64,000 nt of DNA from an uncultured Gemmatimonadales bacterium (GTDB lineage Bacteria > Gemmatimonadota > Gemmatimonadetes > Gemmatimonadales > GWC2-71-9): NCBI GenBank assembly GCA_963844035.1, contig CAWJMT010000037.1, positions 128,001 to 192,000 of the forward strand, read 5' to 3'. Shown piece by piece: positions 50,473-61,099 of the stretch (position 1 is its first letter; each line of letters opens with the position of its first letter). The notes beneath the pieces are model-generated. The model was not told the DNA's origin and did not search any database. It saw only the letters and a program-made list of their open reading frames with translations. The translations under genes and the position numbers were made by a program.

Positions 50473-53228
50473 CAGCGGAAATGCTCGCGGCCCGGCGGCT
50501 CGAGATTGCCGGGTCGGCGGACCTGACACAGACCCTCACGCGACTCGCGGCCCAGGCGCGCCCGGTGCTCGAGCGGCTGCCCCACATCCCCGAGGAGAAA
50601 GCGCTCCTCTCGCAGGATGGGGGCGTCTGTCCCACGGACGGCAAGGCGCTCGTGTTCGATCCCTGGAGTCCACGGGCGCACCGCTGTCCTCGATGTGGAG
50701 CGACCCACACCGGCAAACGCCACGACGCCCACTGGGCGCGCTACCAGCACCTGTGGCTCGCCGAGCGGGCCGCGCACCTCGCCGCGCTCGCGGCGCGTGA
50801 GCGACGCGCCAGCCGCCGCGGCGCGCGCCGCCGAAATTCTCACCGTGTACGGCGATCGCTACCTGAGCTATCCGAACCGTGACAACGTGCTCGGCCCCAG
50901 CCGCCTGTTCTTTTCGACCTATCTCGAATCGATCTGGCTGTGCAACTATCTCGCGGCGGCAATACTGCTGCGCGAGGCGGGCCAGCTCGAGACATCCGTG
51001 GCCCAGGCGGTCACGCAGGTGGCGGACGAGGCGGCAAACCTGATCGGTGAGTTCGACGAGTGGTTTTCCAACCGGCAGATCTGGAACAACGCATGTCTCA
51101 CCGCGATCGCGGTGTGGTTCGAGGATGACGAGCTGGCCCACCGCGCCATCCTCGGCAACACCGGCCTCGTGGCCCAGCTGGCGCGCGGCTTCGGAGAAGA
51201 CGGCATGTGGCACGAGGGAGAGAATTACCACCAGTTCGCGCTGCGAGCCTGGCTCACGGGCGCCGGGTGGGCCCGGCATATCGGCGACGATCTGCTTGGT
51301 GACCCGAAGGTCGCGGCGCGACTCGCCGCGGCGCTGCGGGCGCCGGCGGGCAGCGCGCTTCCGGACTTCACCTACCCCGCGCGCAAGGATTCCCGATTCG
51401 GAATCTCACTCGCGCAACCGGCGTATCTCGAGATCGCGGAGATCGGACTAGCGAGACTGGGGACGGGGGACGGGGGACGGGGGACGGGGGAGGTGCTCGG
51501 CTGGCTTCAGGCGCTGTACCAAGTCAAGCCGGCGTCCGGGGGACCTCATGGAGTCCTATCTCCATGATGCACCCGATCGAACCCCGTCCCCCGTCCCCCG
51601 TCCCGCGTCGCGTTGTCGTGGTGGTCTTTGCTCGAGATGCTCCCCGAGCTTCCCGCGGCACCGCCGTGGTCGCCGCGCGGTGAACTGCTCGTGTCGCAGG
51701 GGCTGGCGGTGCTGCGCGCGCCGGGCCGCTACGTGAGTCTCGAGTGCGGCCCGACGGGCGGTGGGCACGGTCACGCCGACCGTTTGCACCTCACGCTCAA
51801 TGCCGACGGGATCCCGTGGCTGTGCGATTTCGGAACCCCCTCGTACGTCGCGCGCGAGCTCCCCTGGTACCGCTCGACGCTGGCCCACAACGCCCCGCGC
51901 ATCGACGGTCAATCACAACCCGCCGAGGGCGCCACCTGTGATGCGTTCGAGATCGCGCGACAGCTGGGGCTGGGCACGCGGCCGGTTCGGCGACCTGACC
52001 CGCACGGTGGTGGCCGGTCCGTCGTACGTCGTCGATCAGGTCGAGATGGCGACGCGCGATGAGCATCTGCTCGAGCTGCCGTGGCATTTCACAGGGGATG
52101 TGTCCGTGGAAATGCCGGGTGTGTGGGCGCCTGACGCCTTGTCCGAGTCCAATGAGTTCGTGGGAGCCGTCGAGCGCTTCGAGCCGTCCGCTCCCGGACC
52201 GATCGTGCTCGAGGTTGTGGCCGGGGACCGTCGCTTGCGAGTCCATCTGTCGGGCGGCGACCTGCTGCGCGCCGATGCGCCCGGCCGGCCCGACGGGTCG
52301 GACAAGCGGGAGACATTCTTCATGATCCGCTCAGCCGGTCGCGCCGCGCGTCTCGTCAGCGTGCTCGAGAGCGTAGCGCAGGAAGCGTCGGTCCGCGCGG
52401 TGCGGCCGAAAGGAGAACTGATCGAGGTCGAAACGGCGCGCGGTGTCGACCGGCACTCGGCGCTGTCGGGAGGCTGGAGCATCGACGGCCCTTCGGGCAC
52501 CGTCAAGTTGGGGGGCAAGCGCAAGCCGTCCCCCGCGTTCGAGCCGCTGCTGGAAATCAATCTTCCCACGAAGGCGACCGGAACCGCCCTGCGCATCGAC
52601 GCGCCGCCGGCGCTCGACGGTACGCTCGCAGGCTTCGACGACAGCGACCCCATCGTCCTCGACATCGAGGATCAGTATCGCCGCAGTGAAGAGCCGTATC
52701 CCGGTCCGGAGGAGTTTTCGGCTATCGCCTACGTGAACTGGACCGACGACGCGCTGTACCTCGCGGTGGAGGTGACGAAGGCGGACCTCTGCCTGCGCGC
52801 GGGCGACGCCCCGCCGCTGCTGCTCGACAACGAACCCGATGACATTCACTCCGACGGGCTGCAGGTGTACCTGCAGGAGGGTGACGAGGGCCCGGTGTAC
52901 GGTTTCTTGATCGTCCCGCAGGGCACGCGAGCATGGTCCGGTGCGCGTGCGCCCCGTCGAGGGTACGGCAGCCGCTGCGGATCTGGTGCAGGGCGCGTGG
53001 GAACGCACCGAGGGCGGCTATCGCGTGACGCTCGCGATCGCGTTCTCCGCGGATGCGCGTGCCCATCGCGGCGAGACGCTGGGGTTCGATCTGATCGTGA
53101 ACGAAATGCTTCCGGGCCGCGTGCGGCGGGCGGGGCAGCTCGTCTGGAGCGGTGGCAACAGCTGGGTGTGGCTGCGCGGCGACCGCCAGCCGGTCGGGCG
53201 CTTCGGCGTGCTGGAGCTGCTCGGATGA
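50466..53228 (+). CDS. Heparinase II/III-family (alginate lyase-like) protein with C-terminal CBM9-like domain (about five frameshifts)
   Basis: SNRQIWNN, DGMWHEGENYH, GHGHADRL, WYRSTLAHN; C-terminal YVNWTDDALYLAVEV..DGLQVY..GFDLIVNE. Confidence 0.82.
51459..51491 (+). repeat. Intragenic heptamer array (GGGGGAC)n
   Basis: ggggac gggggac gggggac gggggac ggggga. Confidence 0.9.
51582..51604 (+). repeat. Intragenic heptamer array (GTCCCCC)n, inverted partner of 51459-51491
   Basis: cccc gtccccc gtccccc gtccc. Confidence 0.9.
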
Positions 53229-53977
53229 GCGTCGTCGTGGTCCTGAACGAGCCGCAAGACCTGGTCAACATCGCGCACGTGGTGCGCGGGCTCAAGAACT
53301 TCGGGTTCCGGGATCTCCGCCTGGTGGCGCCCCGCGAGTACGACGCCTATCGGATCGGCGGGATCGCCCACCAGACGCACGACGTGCTCGCCCGCGTCGC
53401 GCTGTTCGAGACCCTCGACGCGAGCGCTCGCCGACTGCGTGCACGTGGTCGGGTTCACGGCCCGCGGCCGCAGCGCGAAACGCAACGCGCAGCGGCCGCG
53501 CGACGCCGCGGCGGAGATCGCCACCCTGTGGGACTCAGGGCCGGTGGCGCTGTTGTTCGGTCGCGAAGACAAGGGGCTGTCCAACGAGGCGCTCGACCGG
53601 TGCCATCGGGTCGTCACGATTCCCTCGGACCCGGCGTACTCCTCGCTCAATCTGGCGCACGCCGTCGTGCTGATGCTGTACGAGCTGGCGCTGGTCCGGG
53701 CGCGAGGCGCCCCTGGCGTTCAAGCAGCCCCGGCGGAGGGCGGAGCCCGGTGCCTGTCGAGCAGCTCGAGCGGCTGTTCGCCGACCTCGAGCACGCGCTG
53801 CGCACGATTGAGTTTTTCAAGACCCGCGACGCTGAGCGCGTGTTGCGCACGGTGCGCGAGATCATTCATCGGACGCCGCTCGACGAGCGCGAAGTCAAGC
53901 TGCTGCGGGCGATGGCGATCGAGGTGGTGAAATACAGTGAGCGACTGGCGCGTTCCGGGATTCACGTCGACCGGTAG
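53225..53977 (+). CDS. trmJ: SPOUT RNA methyltransferase, TrmJ/LasT family (frameshifts near 53420 and 53700-53750)
   Basis: VVLNEPQ..VNI..V.RGLKNFGF..LRLV; LLFGREDKGLSNE; IPSDP.YSSLNLAHAV. Confidence 0.85.
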   Translation: MSVVVVLNEPQDLVNIAHVVRGLKNFGFRDLRLVAPREYDAYRIGGIAHQTHDVLARVALFETLDASARRLRARGRVHGPRPQRETQRAAAARRRGGDRHPVGLRAGGAVVRSRRQGAVQRGARPVPSGRHDSLGPGVLLAQSGARRRADAVRAGAGPGARRPWRSSSPGGGRSPVPVEQLERLFADLEHALRTIEFFKTRDAERVLRTVREIIHRTPLDEREVKLLRAMAIEVVKYSERLARSGIHVDR

Positions 53978-55116
53978 CAAGCGGCCCGACGCGCTGTTCG
54001 GATCCGGGGGCGAGGGCCCGCCGGTGCCCGAGCGCATGGCCCGCGCGGCCGGCTGCCGCGTGTGGGACGCGAACGGCCGCGAGTACGTGGACTACATCAT
54101 GGCCCTCGGGGCGGTGGCCCTCGGATACGGGCATCCCGCCGTCAATCGCGCGGCGTGCGATGCGGTGGCGAACGGTGTGGTTGGGCCCCTCGCGCCCGTG
54201 CTGGAAGAGAGTCTGGCCGAAGCCCTGTGCGACGCGATCCCGTGGATTGAAGGAGTCCGCTTCCTCAAGAGCGGGGCGGAAGCGGTCGCGGCGGCCGTGC
54301 GCCTGGGCCGCGTGGCCACCGGGCGCGATCGCGTGCTCGGATGCGGCTACCACGGCTGGCTCGACTGGTCCCAGGGCGGGGCGGGGGAGGGCGTGCCCTC
54401 GAGTATTCGCGCCTTGTACGGTGAGCTGCCGTTCAACGACGTGGACGGCACCCGCGCGGCGATCCGCGTCGGTGGGCGATCAGCTCGCGGTCGTCGTGGT
54501 CGAACCCCTGGTGGTGGCGGAGCCCACCCGGGAATGGCTCGACAGCGTGCGCGCTGAGACCACGCGCGTGGGGGCCATCCTCGTGTACGACGAGATCAAG
54601 ACGGCGTTTCGGCTCGCCGTGGGCGGGGTGGCCGAGCGCACGGGCATCCATCCCGACCTGATGGTGCTCGGTAAGGCCATGGCAAACGGATTCCCGCTCG
54701 CCGCCGTGGGAGGCCGGGCGGACCTGATGGGCGGTGTGGCGCGCACCTGGATTTCCTCGACGCTCGCCACGGAGGCGGTGGCGCTCGCCGCCGCCCGCGC
54801 CACGCTCGAGGTAATCGTCGCGGAGGACGTGTGCGCGCACCTCCATCGGGTCGGGACGCGCCTGCTGCACGGCCTGCACGCGCTGCAGCACCGCTACCCC
54901 CACTTGATCAGCGGCGTCGGGGGCGTCGCCGAGATGTGCTTCTTCCACTTCGTCGACGAGCACGTTTCCCGCGCGGTGGCCCGAGGGTGCGCGGCCCGCG
55001 GCCTGCTTTTCAAGCGCACCGCTTACAATTTTGTCTCGCTGGCGCACGATGAGTCCACGGTGGACCAATCCCTTGCCCTGCTCGAGGACGTGCTGTCTGA
55101 ATGGAAGCCTCGATAG
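53937..55116 (+). CDS. Class III PLP aminotransferase, GSA-aminomutase-like (frameshift near 54470)
   Basis: GCRVWDANGREYVD, LGYGHP, KSGAEA, GYHGW, YDEIKTAFR, PDLMVLGKAMANGFP. Confidence 0.9.
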
Positions 55117-55385
55117 GCCCGTACGGTGCGGCGACGGTGCCGCGGATTGCGCCGATGGCGCGGTTGCACTGGGACGAGGTGCGGTCGCGGCATGTCCTGC
55201 TCTATCCGGAGGGGCTCGTCGCTCTCAACGAGACAGCGGCGGCGATCCTGCAGCTGTGCGACGGCGAGCGCGACGTGGGGCACATTGTCGCGACGCTCAA
55301 GTTTCGTTATCGGGCTGAGGGCATAGATCGCGACGTCGTCGTTCTGTTGCAGGGGCTGGCGGCGAAGGGGCTGATGATCCTGTGA
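55101..55385 (+). CDS. pqqD: PqqD family peptide chaperone (RiPP recognition element)
   Basis: RLHWDEVR..HVLLYPEG.V.LNETAAAILQLCDG. Confidence 0.88.
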   Translation: MEASIGPYGAATVPRIAPMARLHWDEVRSRHVLLYPEGLVALNETAAAILQLCDGERDVGHIVATLKFRYRAEGIDRDVVVLLQGLAAKGLMIL

Positions 55386-55389
55386 GCGC

Positions 55390-56128
55390 TCAGCTCGCCA
55401 TCACAGTTCGCAGGCCTTCGATCAACAAGCCGACGATGGCGGCGACAGCGGCCGCTGCGAGGCCGAAGGCGGTGGCTCGCTCCGCGGAAACCTTCATCAG
55501 GGGCGGGGCGCCCAGGTAGACGAGGTAGAGGCTCCACACCGTCCCCACGATCGAAAGGCGTCCGAGGCGGGGCACGACGGCGAAGACGCCGAACAGCCAC
55601 GCCGGCGTGCTCGAATACGCCGCCACCTTCAACGCCTGCACCCGGTTCGAGTGTCCGAAGAACACCGGGGTCAGCATATCCAGAGCGATGGCGAGGAGGA
55701 ACACGAACCCGAGCCCAAACAGGTAGCGGATCACGCCGTCCTGTACGGCGGCGCCGATCGTCGTCTCGATCGCGCCAAACAGCGTCCCCTGCTCCTGAAA
55801 CAGCACGGCGCCAACGATGTAGGCGGCGGGTGGAATGACGGACAACGGGATGACGTAGTCCCGGTAGATCACGGGCGCCTTCGCGAATTCGCCGCCGATC
55901 GCCTGCCACTCCGGCCTTGGGCTCGAACATGATCCGCCGTGCCCGGGCCAGGAACCCAGGCGCTCTCCGGGGGACCGCTTTGGCCGGCGTCACCTTCGGG
56001 AGCGGTTTGCCGGCCGTGGGTGTCCGGGGTGGCGTCGGGCCCCGCGGCGGCGGTGCCGGCCCGCGCGGCGGGGTTGGGCCCCTTGAGGGCGGCGTGGGGC
56101 CCCTGGGGGGTGTCGGGGGGGTTGGCAT
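55390..56128 (-). CDS. Yip1-domain membrane protein with Pro-rich N-terminus (frameshifts near 55915 and 55872)
   Basis: PTPPRG repeats; RARRIMFEPK; YVIPL; QALKVAAYSSTPAWL; WSLYLVYLG.P.LMK. Confidence 0.8.
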
Positions 56129-56151
56129 GGCGCACCAATATACGATACGAC

Positions 56152-56243
56152 GACGCCAAGACGCTAAGACGCTATGTCACAAGAGTCTAGGCCACGTGTA
56201 CAAGACGCTAAGACGCTAAGACGCTAAGACGCTAAGGCGCTAC
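56152..56243 (+). repeat. Octamer arrays (GACGCTAA)n: 3 units at 56152-56175 and 4+1 units at 56204-56243
   Basis: Read directly from the sequence. Confidence 0.93.
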
Positions 56244-56273
56244 GTCCTAAGGGCGTCCTGGAGCCCGCCTGGC

Positions 56274-56305
56274 CGTCTTAGCGTCTTAGCGTCTTAGCGT
56301 CGTAG
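56274..56305 (+). repeat. Octamer array (CGTCTTAG)x3+1, inverted partner of 56204-56243
   Basis: cgtcttag cgtcttag cgtcttag cgtcgtag. Confidence 0.93.
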
Positions 56306-56315
56306 TTTCTACTCC

Positions 56316-57117
56316 ATGCTCATCGACGTCCACGCCCACTTCTATCATGACCGCACCCCTCGCGCGGACTGGCGCGAACGGAACGCGAGCCGGCTCCGGG
56401 CCGGGGAGCGGATCGGGATCACGGTTCACGTGGCCTCGATTCTGGGTAGCTGGGGGCGCACGTCGCCCACCTACTTCCCGTCCCCCGCCGATCTGGACTA
56501 CGGCAACACCGCCTTGCTCGCCCTCCAGCGTGAACACCCGCGCCCGGATCCGGGGCTACGTGGCGGTGAATCCGAACTACACCGCCCACGCGCTCGCCGA
56601 GATCGGGCGTTGCTTGAGCGCGGGGATGATCGGCATCAAGCTCGCGGCCAGCCGGCGTGCGGACGATCGCCTGCTCGATCCGGTGTGCGAGCTGGCGCGC
56701 GCCCGCGCCGTCCCGGTGTTGCACCATATCTGGCAGCACCGGCGGCGGGATTGGCCCGGGCAGGAGGCCTCCGACGCCACCGAGCTCGTCGCCCTGGCGC
56801 ACCGGCACCCGGGTGTGGCGTTCATTCTCGCGCACATCGCCGGAGGCGGTGACTGGGAGCATTCGCTCGCGGCGGTGCGGGACGTCCCCAACGTGTACGT
56901 GGATCTCTCGGGAAGCGGCGTGGACGGCGGGATGCTCGAGGCGTGCGTCGCGGCGGCGGGTCCGGAACGGCTGCTGTGGGGCGCCGACCTCACGCTCGAC
57001 ACCGGGTGGGCGAAGCTCCGCTACCTGGAGCACGTGCTCGACCGGGATGCGCTCGAGCTGGTGCAATGGAGGAATGCGGCGCGCATCTTCCCGCGCGGCG
57101 CCTTCGCGGCCGATTGA
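56316..57117 (+). CDS. Amidohydrolase family protein A (frameshift near 56540)
   Basis: IDVHAH, GIKL, PVLHH, FILAH.AGG, NVYVDLSGS, RLLWGAD, NAARIF. Confidence 0.9.
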
Positions 57118-57891
57118 TGCGCATCGACGTCAACGCGTTTCTGGGAGCGTACCCTTACCGCCGCGTTCCGGGCACGTCGCCCGACGCGCTGCGTGCGGGC
57201 GATGGACCGCACGGGAATCGACGAGGCGTGGGTGAGCCACCTGCCGAGTCTCTTCTGGCGCCATCCCGCGGACGGCAACGAGTGGTTGTACGAAACCGCG
57301 CGGGCCGAGCGGCGCTTCAGACCGGTGCCCGCGGTGCACCCGGGGATGCAGGGTTGGGAGACGGTGCTGGGGGATGCGGCCGACCGGGGGGCACCCGCCG
57401 TCCGGTGCGATCCCACCTACTACGGCCTCGAGCCCGGCGGAGCGGAAATGCGCGTCCTCGCCGCGGCCTGCGGCGCTGCGCGTCTGTCTCTGGTCATGGC
57501 GGTGCGGCTCGAGGACGGGCGCCAGCGTCACCCGAATGACACTGCCGGCGACCTTCCGGCGGCCGCGGTGCGCGCGCTAATCCGCAGCGACGACGACGTC
57601 CGCCTGCTCGTCACTCACGCCGACCGCGCGTTTGTCGAAGAGGTGCACTTCGGGTCCACTCCGGAAGAAGCGGCGCGCATCTGGTGGGATATCACCTGGA
57701 TCTGGGGCCCGCCGGAGGATCACCTGGAGACTCTGCTCGGAACGGTGGGCATCGCACGCTTCGTGTTCGGGACGGGTCAGCCGCTGCGCCTTCCGGAGGC
57801 GAGTGTCGCGAAGCTGGATCTCTTGGATCTCAAGCCGGAGGAGCGGGTCGCCATCGAGTCCGGCAATGTGACCACAGGACTCATCACCTGA
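57117..57891 (+). CDS. Amidohydrolase-fold protein B with degenerate metal ligands (frameshift near 57195)
   Basis: MRIDVNAFLGAYPYR, MDRTGIDEA, RFVFGTGQPL; TGATG overlap with protein A. Confidence 0.82.
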
Positions 57892-57920
57892 CCGCCCGAC
57901 CGCCTGACCGCCTGACCGCC
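57887..57920 (+). repeat. Octamer array (CCTGACCG)x4 at a gene junction
   Basis: cctgaccg cccgaccg cctgaccg cctgaccg cc. Confidence 0.85.
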
Positions 57921-58782
57921 CGCCTCTCGTGGGGCCTCATCCCCGCCGTTCCCGTCCCGTTCCGCGGCCGCACGCTGGCAGAGGATGCGCAGCGCGCGTA
58001 TGCCCAATGGATGGCGACGCAGGCGGTGGCCGGGGTCGCCGTATGGGCGCACACGGGGCGCGGCCCGCACCTTTCGGCCGAGGAGCGCCGCTTGGTGCTC
58101 TCGACCTGGCGCGCCGCGCTTCCTGAGAAGGTCATTGTCGCCGGTGCCAACTCTGTCGAGATGGCTCGGGACGCGAAGGCTGGTGGTGCGGATGCGTTGC
58201 TGGCATTTCCCAGGCGCGACGATCCCATCCGCTATCACGAGAGCCTCGGCCGCGAGCTGCCGGTGCTCGCGTTCTATCTATACGAGGCGGCCGGGGGTGT
58301 GGCGTACGACAGCGGCACGATCCGCGCGCTGCTCGATCTGCCGCAGGTCATTGGAATCAAGGTGGCGACGCTCGACTCGATTGTGACGTTCCAGCGCATC
58401 GCCGAGATCGTGCGGGCGTATCCCGACAAACTGCTCGTCACCGGCGAGGACCGATTCCTGGGCTACTCGCTGATGGGAGGGGCGCGCGCGGCGCTCATCG
58501 GCATGGGCGCGGGGCTCACCGACCTCCAGGCGCGGATGCTCGCGGCGTACGCGTCGGGCGACGCCGCGACCTTCCTCCGTCTCTCGTCGCTGGTGGACGC
58601 GTTCGGCGTGGCCACGTTCTCCCGGCCGCTCGAGGGGTACGTGCGGCGCATGCTGTGGGCGCTCGCCGCCGACGGGGTGCTTCCCGCCGATGCGTGTGAC
58701 GATCCGTGGGGCCCGGACCTCGACGCTGGGGGAGCGGGACCTGGTCGCGCGCGCGGTTCGGCAGGCGCGCGCCGCGGCGTGA
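57888..58782 (+). CDS. Dihydrodipicolinate synthase/N-acetylneuraminate lyase family aldolase (start uncertain; frameshift in G-run near 58730)
   Basis: GLIPAVPVPF, AHTGRG..LS.EER, GADALL, FYLY, IGIKVA (Schiff-base Lys), TGED. Confidence 0.85.
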
Positions 58783-59931
58783 TGCGCGCCCGGCTCGAGC
58801 GGGACTTCGAGCGATTCAAGCGGGACCTTCCGGCGGATTTCCCCGCCCATGTCCGCGAGGCGTTCCGCGTGGACCTCACCGCGCGCTACCTCGGCTGCTC
58901 GATCGCGCACCCAATTGGGAAAGGGTCGGGGCAGTTGTCGCTGAACGCCGCGCAGCTCGAGGATGACGCCGCTGCGGGTTTGGCGTTCGTCGTGCTCAAG
59001 ACCGTCATCGCGCAGGATGAAGCGGGAACCCGGTCGATGGGCGCGTGGGCGGTGCACGAGACCCGGATGACCGTCGAGCGCCGCGCCGCGGGGGACGGGC
59101 GCGCAGGATGGACGGTGACCTGGAAAGGGCGGGGCTGGGATCGATCGTTCGATGACTACCTGGCCCTGGTGCGTGCGGGCCGGGACGTTGCAGCCGCCGG
59201 TGCCATGGTGGTCGTGCCGTCGGTGAAGTACCACCTGCCGCGGCTGGGAGAGGCGTTTCGAGACGCTGAGTACGCCTACACCACCCGCCAGATCGCCGAG
59301 GCGTGGGGTGAGCCGCCGCTGCTGCTCGAGATCGATTTCTCGCCGACCCTCGCAGGCGACGCCCTCGCCGACGACCGCGCGCAGATCCTGCGGTGGCTGC
59401 GCGAGGTGCCGGCGCGCGCTCGTGCGGCGTCACCGGTGCCCACGCGGATCGCGGTGAAGCTCATGAACGCTCGGTTCGACGATGCGTTCCAGCTCGAGAT
59501 GATGGCTGCCTGCGCGGACGCCGACGCGCTGGTGTGCTTCAATCGCCTGTTCGATGCCGAGCAGGGGATCGCGTACGGCGGATGGGATCTGAGCGAGCGG
59601 AACTTGAGAGTGCTCGACGCATTTCTGCCCGCCGCCGGGCATACCGCCTGCCCGCGGCTCACCGGCACCGGAAATATCCACTCCGGCCGCATGATCCTCG
59701 AGTACGCCCGCCGCGGCTGTGAGAGCGTCCAGCTGCACACGTTCTTCCAGCTGCCGCTCTCGGAGTATCCCGCGACCGATGGCTCGCGCACCCAGCGCGC
59801 CCTGCACGCGCTGGTGTTCGATCCGCACGACGGCCTGATCGCGGGCGTGCTCGAGCTCGAGGCAGTCGGGGCGGCTCGAGCGGCGTGACGGCATGCTGCA
59901 CTTCCTTGACCTCGTGCCCCATGCGGATTGA
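58782..59931 (+). CDS. Dihydroorotate/dihydropyrimidine-dehydrogenase-like FMN TIM-barrel protein
   Basis: YLG..I.HPIGKGSG.LS, GLAFVVLKTV, LEIDFS, IAVKL, LTGTGNIHSG...EY..RGCESVQLHT; end 59888 as read, or 59931 after a frameshift. Confidence 0.65.
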
Positions 59932-61058
59932 GCGCGTCGAGCTGTACGAGCTGGCGCTCCCGCTGGTCGAGCCGTTCATCATTTCCGGGGGCGCGATCCG
60001 CGAGCGGCGCTCGATCGTCGTGGTGCTGCACGACGACGCCGGGCGCACCGGGTTTGGCGAATCGCCGCCGTTTCCGCTGCCGTTCTATTCCGAAGAGACG
60101 CTGGCGAGCGCGCGGGACCTGATCCAGCACGTCCTGGCACCGCGCGTGGAGGGACGGGAGTTCGCATCCCCCGAGGATGTCGATGCGGCGTTGCGGGCCA
60201 ACGTGCGCGGCAATCCGTTCGCGCGCGCAGGCGTGGAAACCGCCGCGTGGGACCTCGAAGCCGTCACCCGCGGCGTGCGGGCTCGCTCAGCTCGTGGGCG
60301 CGCGTCTGGGCGTCGCGCCCGCCGGCAGCGTCGCGTGCGGCGTCGCCCTCGGCATTCCGGAAGATCGCCGGCCCGAGACGCTGACCCGCTGGGTGTACGA
60401 GGCGCTCGAGCGGGGCTACCGACGCGTGAAGATCAAGGTCGCCCCCGAGTGGGACGACATCGCCGTGCGGGCGGCGCGCGACGGCATGGCCGGATCCGCG
60501 CTGCCGCTCACGGTGGACGCGAACGGCGCCTACGCGTGGCCCGAGCACGAGACGCGAGCTGCGCGGGCTCGACGACGCGGGGCTGCTGTACATCGAGCAG
60601 CCGCTCGAACCGGACGACCTGGTGGGGCACGCCCGGCTGGCGCGGGCGCTCCGCACGCCCGATTTGCCTCGACGAGACGCTCAAGAGCGCGGGGCACGCG
60701 CGGCAGGTGGTCGCGCTCGAGGGTCCCAAGGTCTGGAACATCAAGGTGCACCGCGTCGGCGGTCTCGCGGAGGTGTGTCGCATCTATCGCGTCGCGCAGG
60801 CTTACGGCGCGGAGCTGTGGGCGGGGACGATGCCCGAGTCGGGGATCGGATCGCAGGCGGCGCTCGCCGTCGCCGCGCTGCCGCTGTGCGTCTATCCCGT
60901 CCGACCTCGAGCCGAGCGCCCGCTGGTTCGGACGCAATGCGGACGTCATCAAGCTCACGATGGACAAGGACGGTCGGATGGCCGTGCCCGGTCAGGCGGC
61001 GTCACGACTCATCGACAAGGGACGGTTTCACGCTGCCGCGCGGCGGTTGGGCGTGTAG
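59921..61058 (+). CDS. o-Succinylbenzoate synthase / N-acylamino-acid racemase (enolase superfamily; several frameshifts)
   Basis: LPLVEPF..SGG, PFYSEET, GYRRVKIK, VDANGAY, IEQPL, ICLDE, NIK..RVGG, MPESGIG, PSD.EPSARWF. Confidence 0.88.
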
Positions 61059-61099
61059 CCCGGGTTCCGTTCTGTAGGTCAGCGACTACCTTACCGGCC

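Noticed and set aside
51761..53977. Apparent heparinase-TrmJ fusion (738 aa), and likewise the racemase-DUF3788 fusion 59885..61570
   Set aside because: Both arise from frameshifts. Separate stops and starts exist at 53228/53225 and 61058/61100.
53937..55116. Calling the gene hemL
   Set aside because: It is shorter than typical HemL, has a divergent N-terminus (PGFTSTGSKR rather than PGGVNSPVR), and has no heme-pathway context.
56152..56305. Possible CRISPR array
   Set aside because: Units are 8-bp tandem repeats without unique 30-40 bp spacers, and no cas genes are present.
57684..59888. Apparent DHDPS-DHODH fusion (734 aa)
   Set aside because: Removing one G near 58730 gives the aldolase its own stop at 58782, overlapping the next ATG.
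59921..61058. Calling the gene menC
   Set aside because: No other men genes are nearby and the family is promiscuous, so the symbol was withheld.
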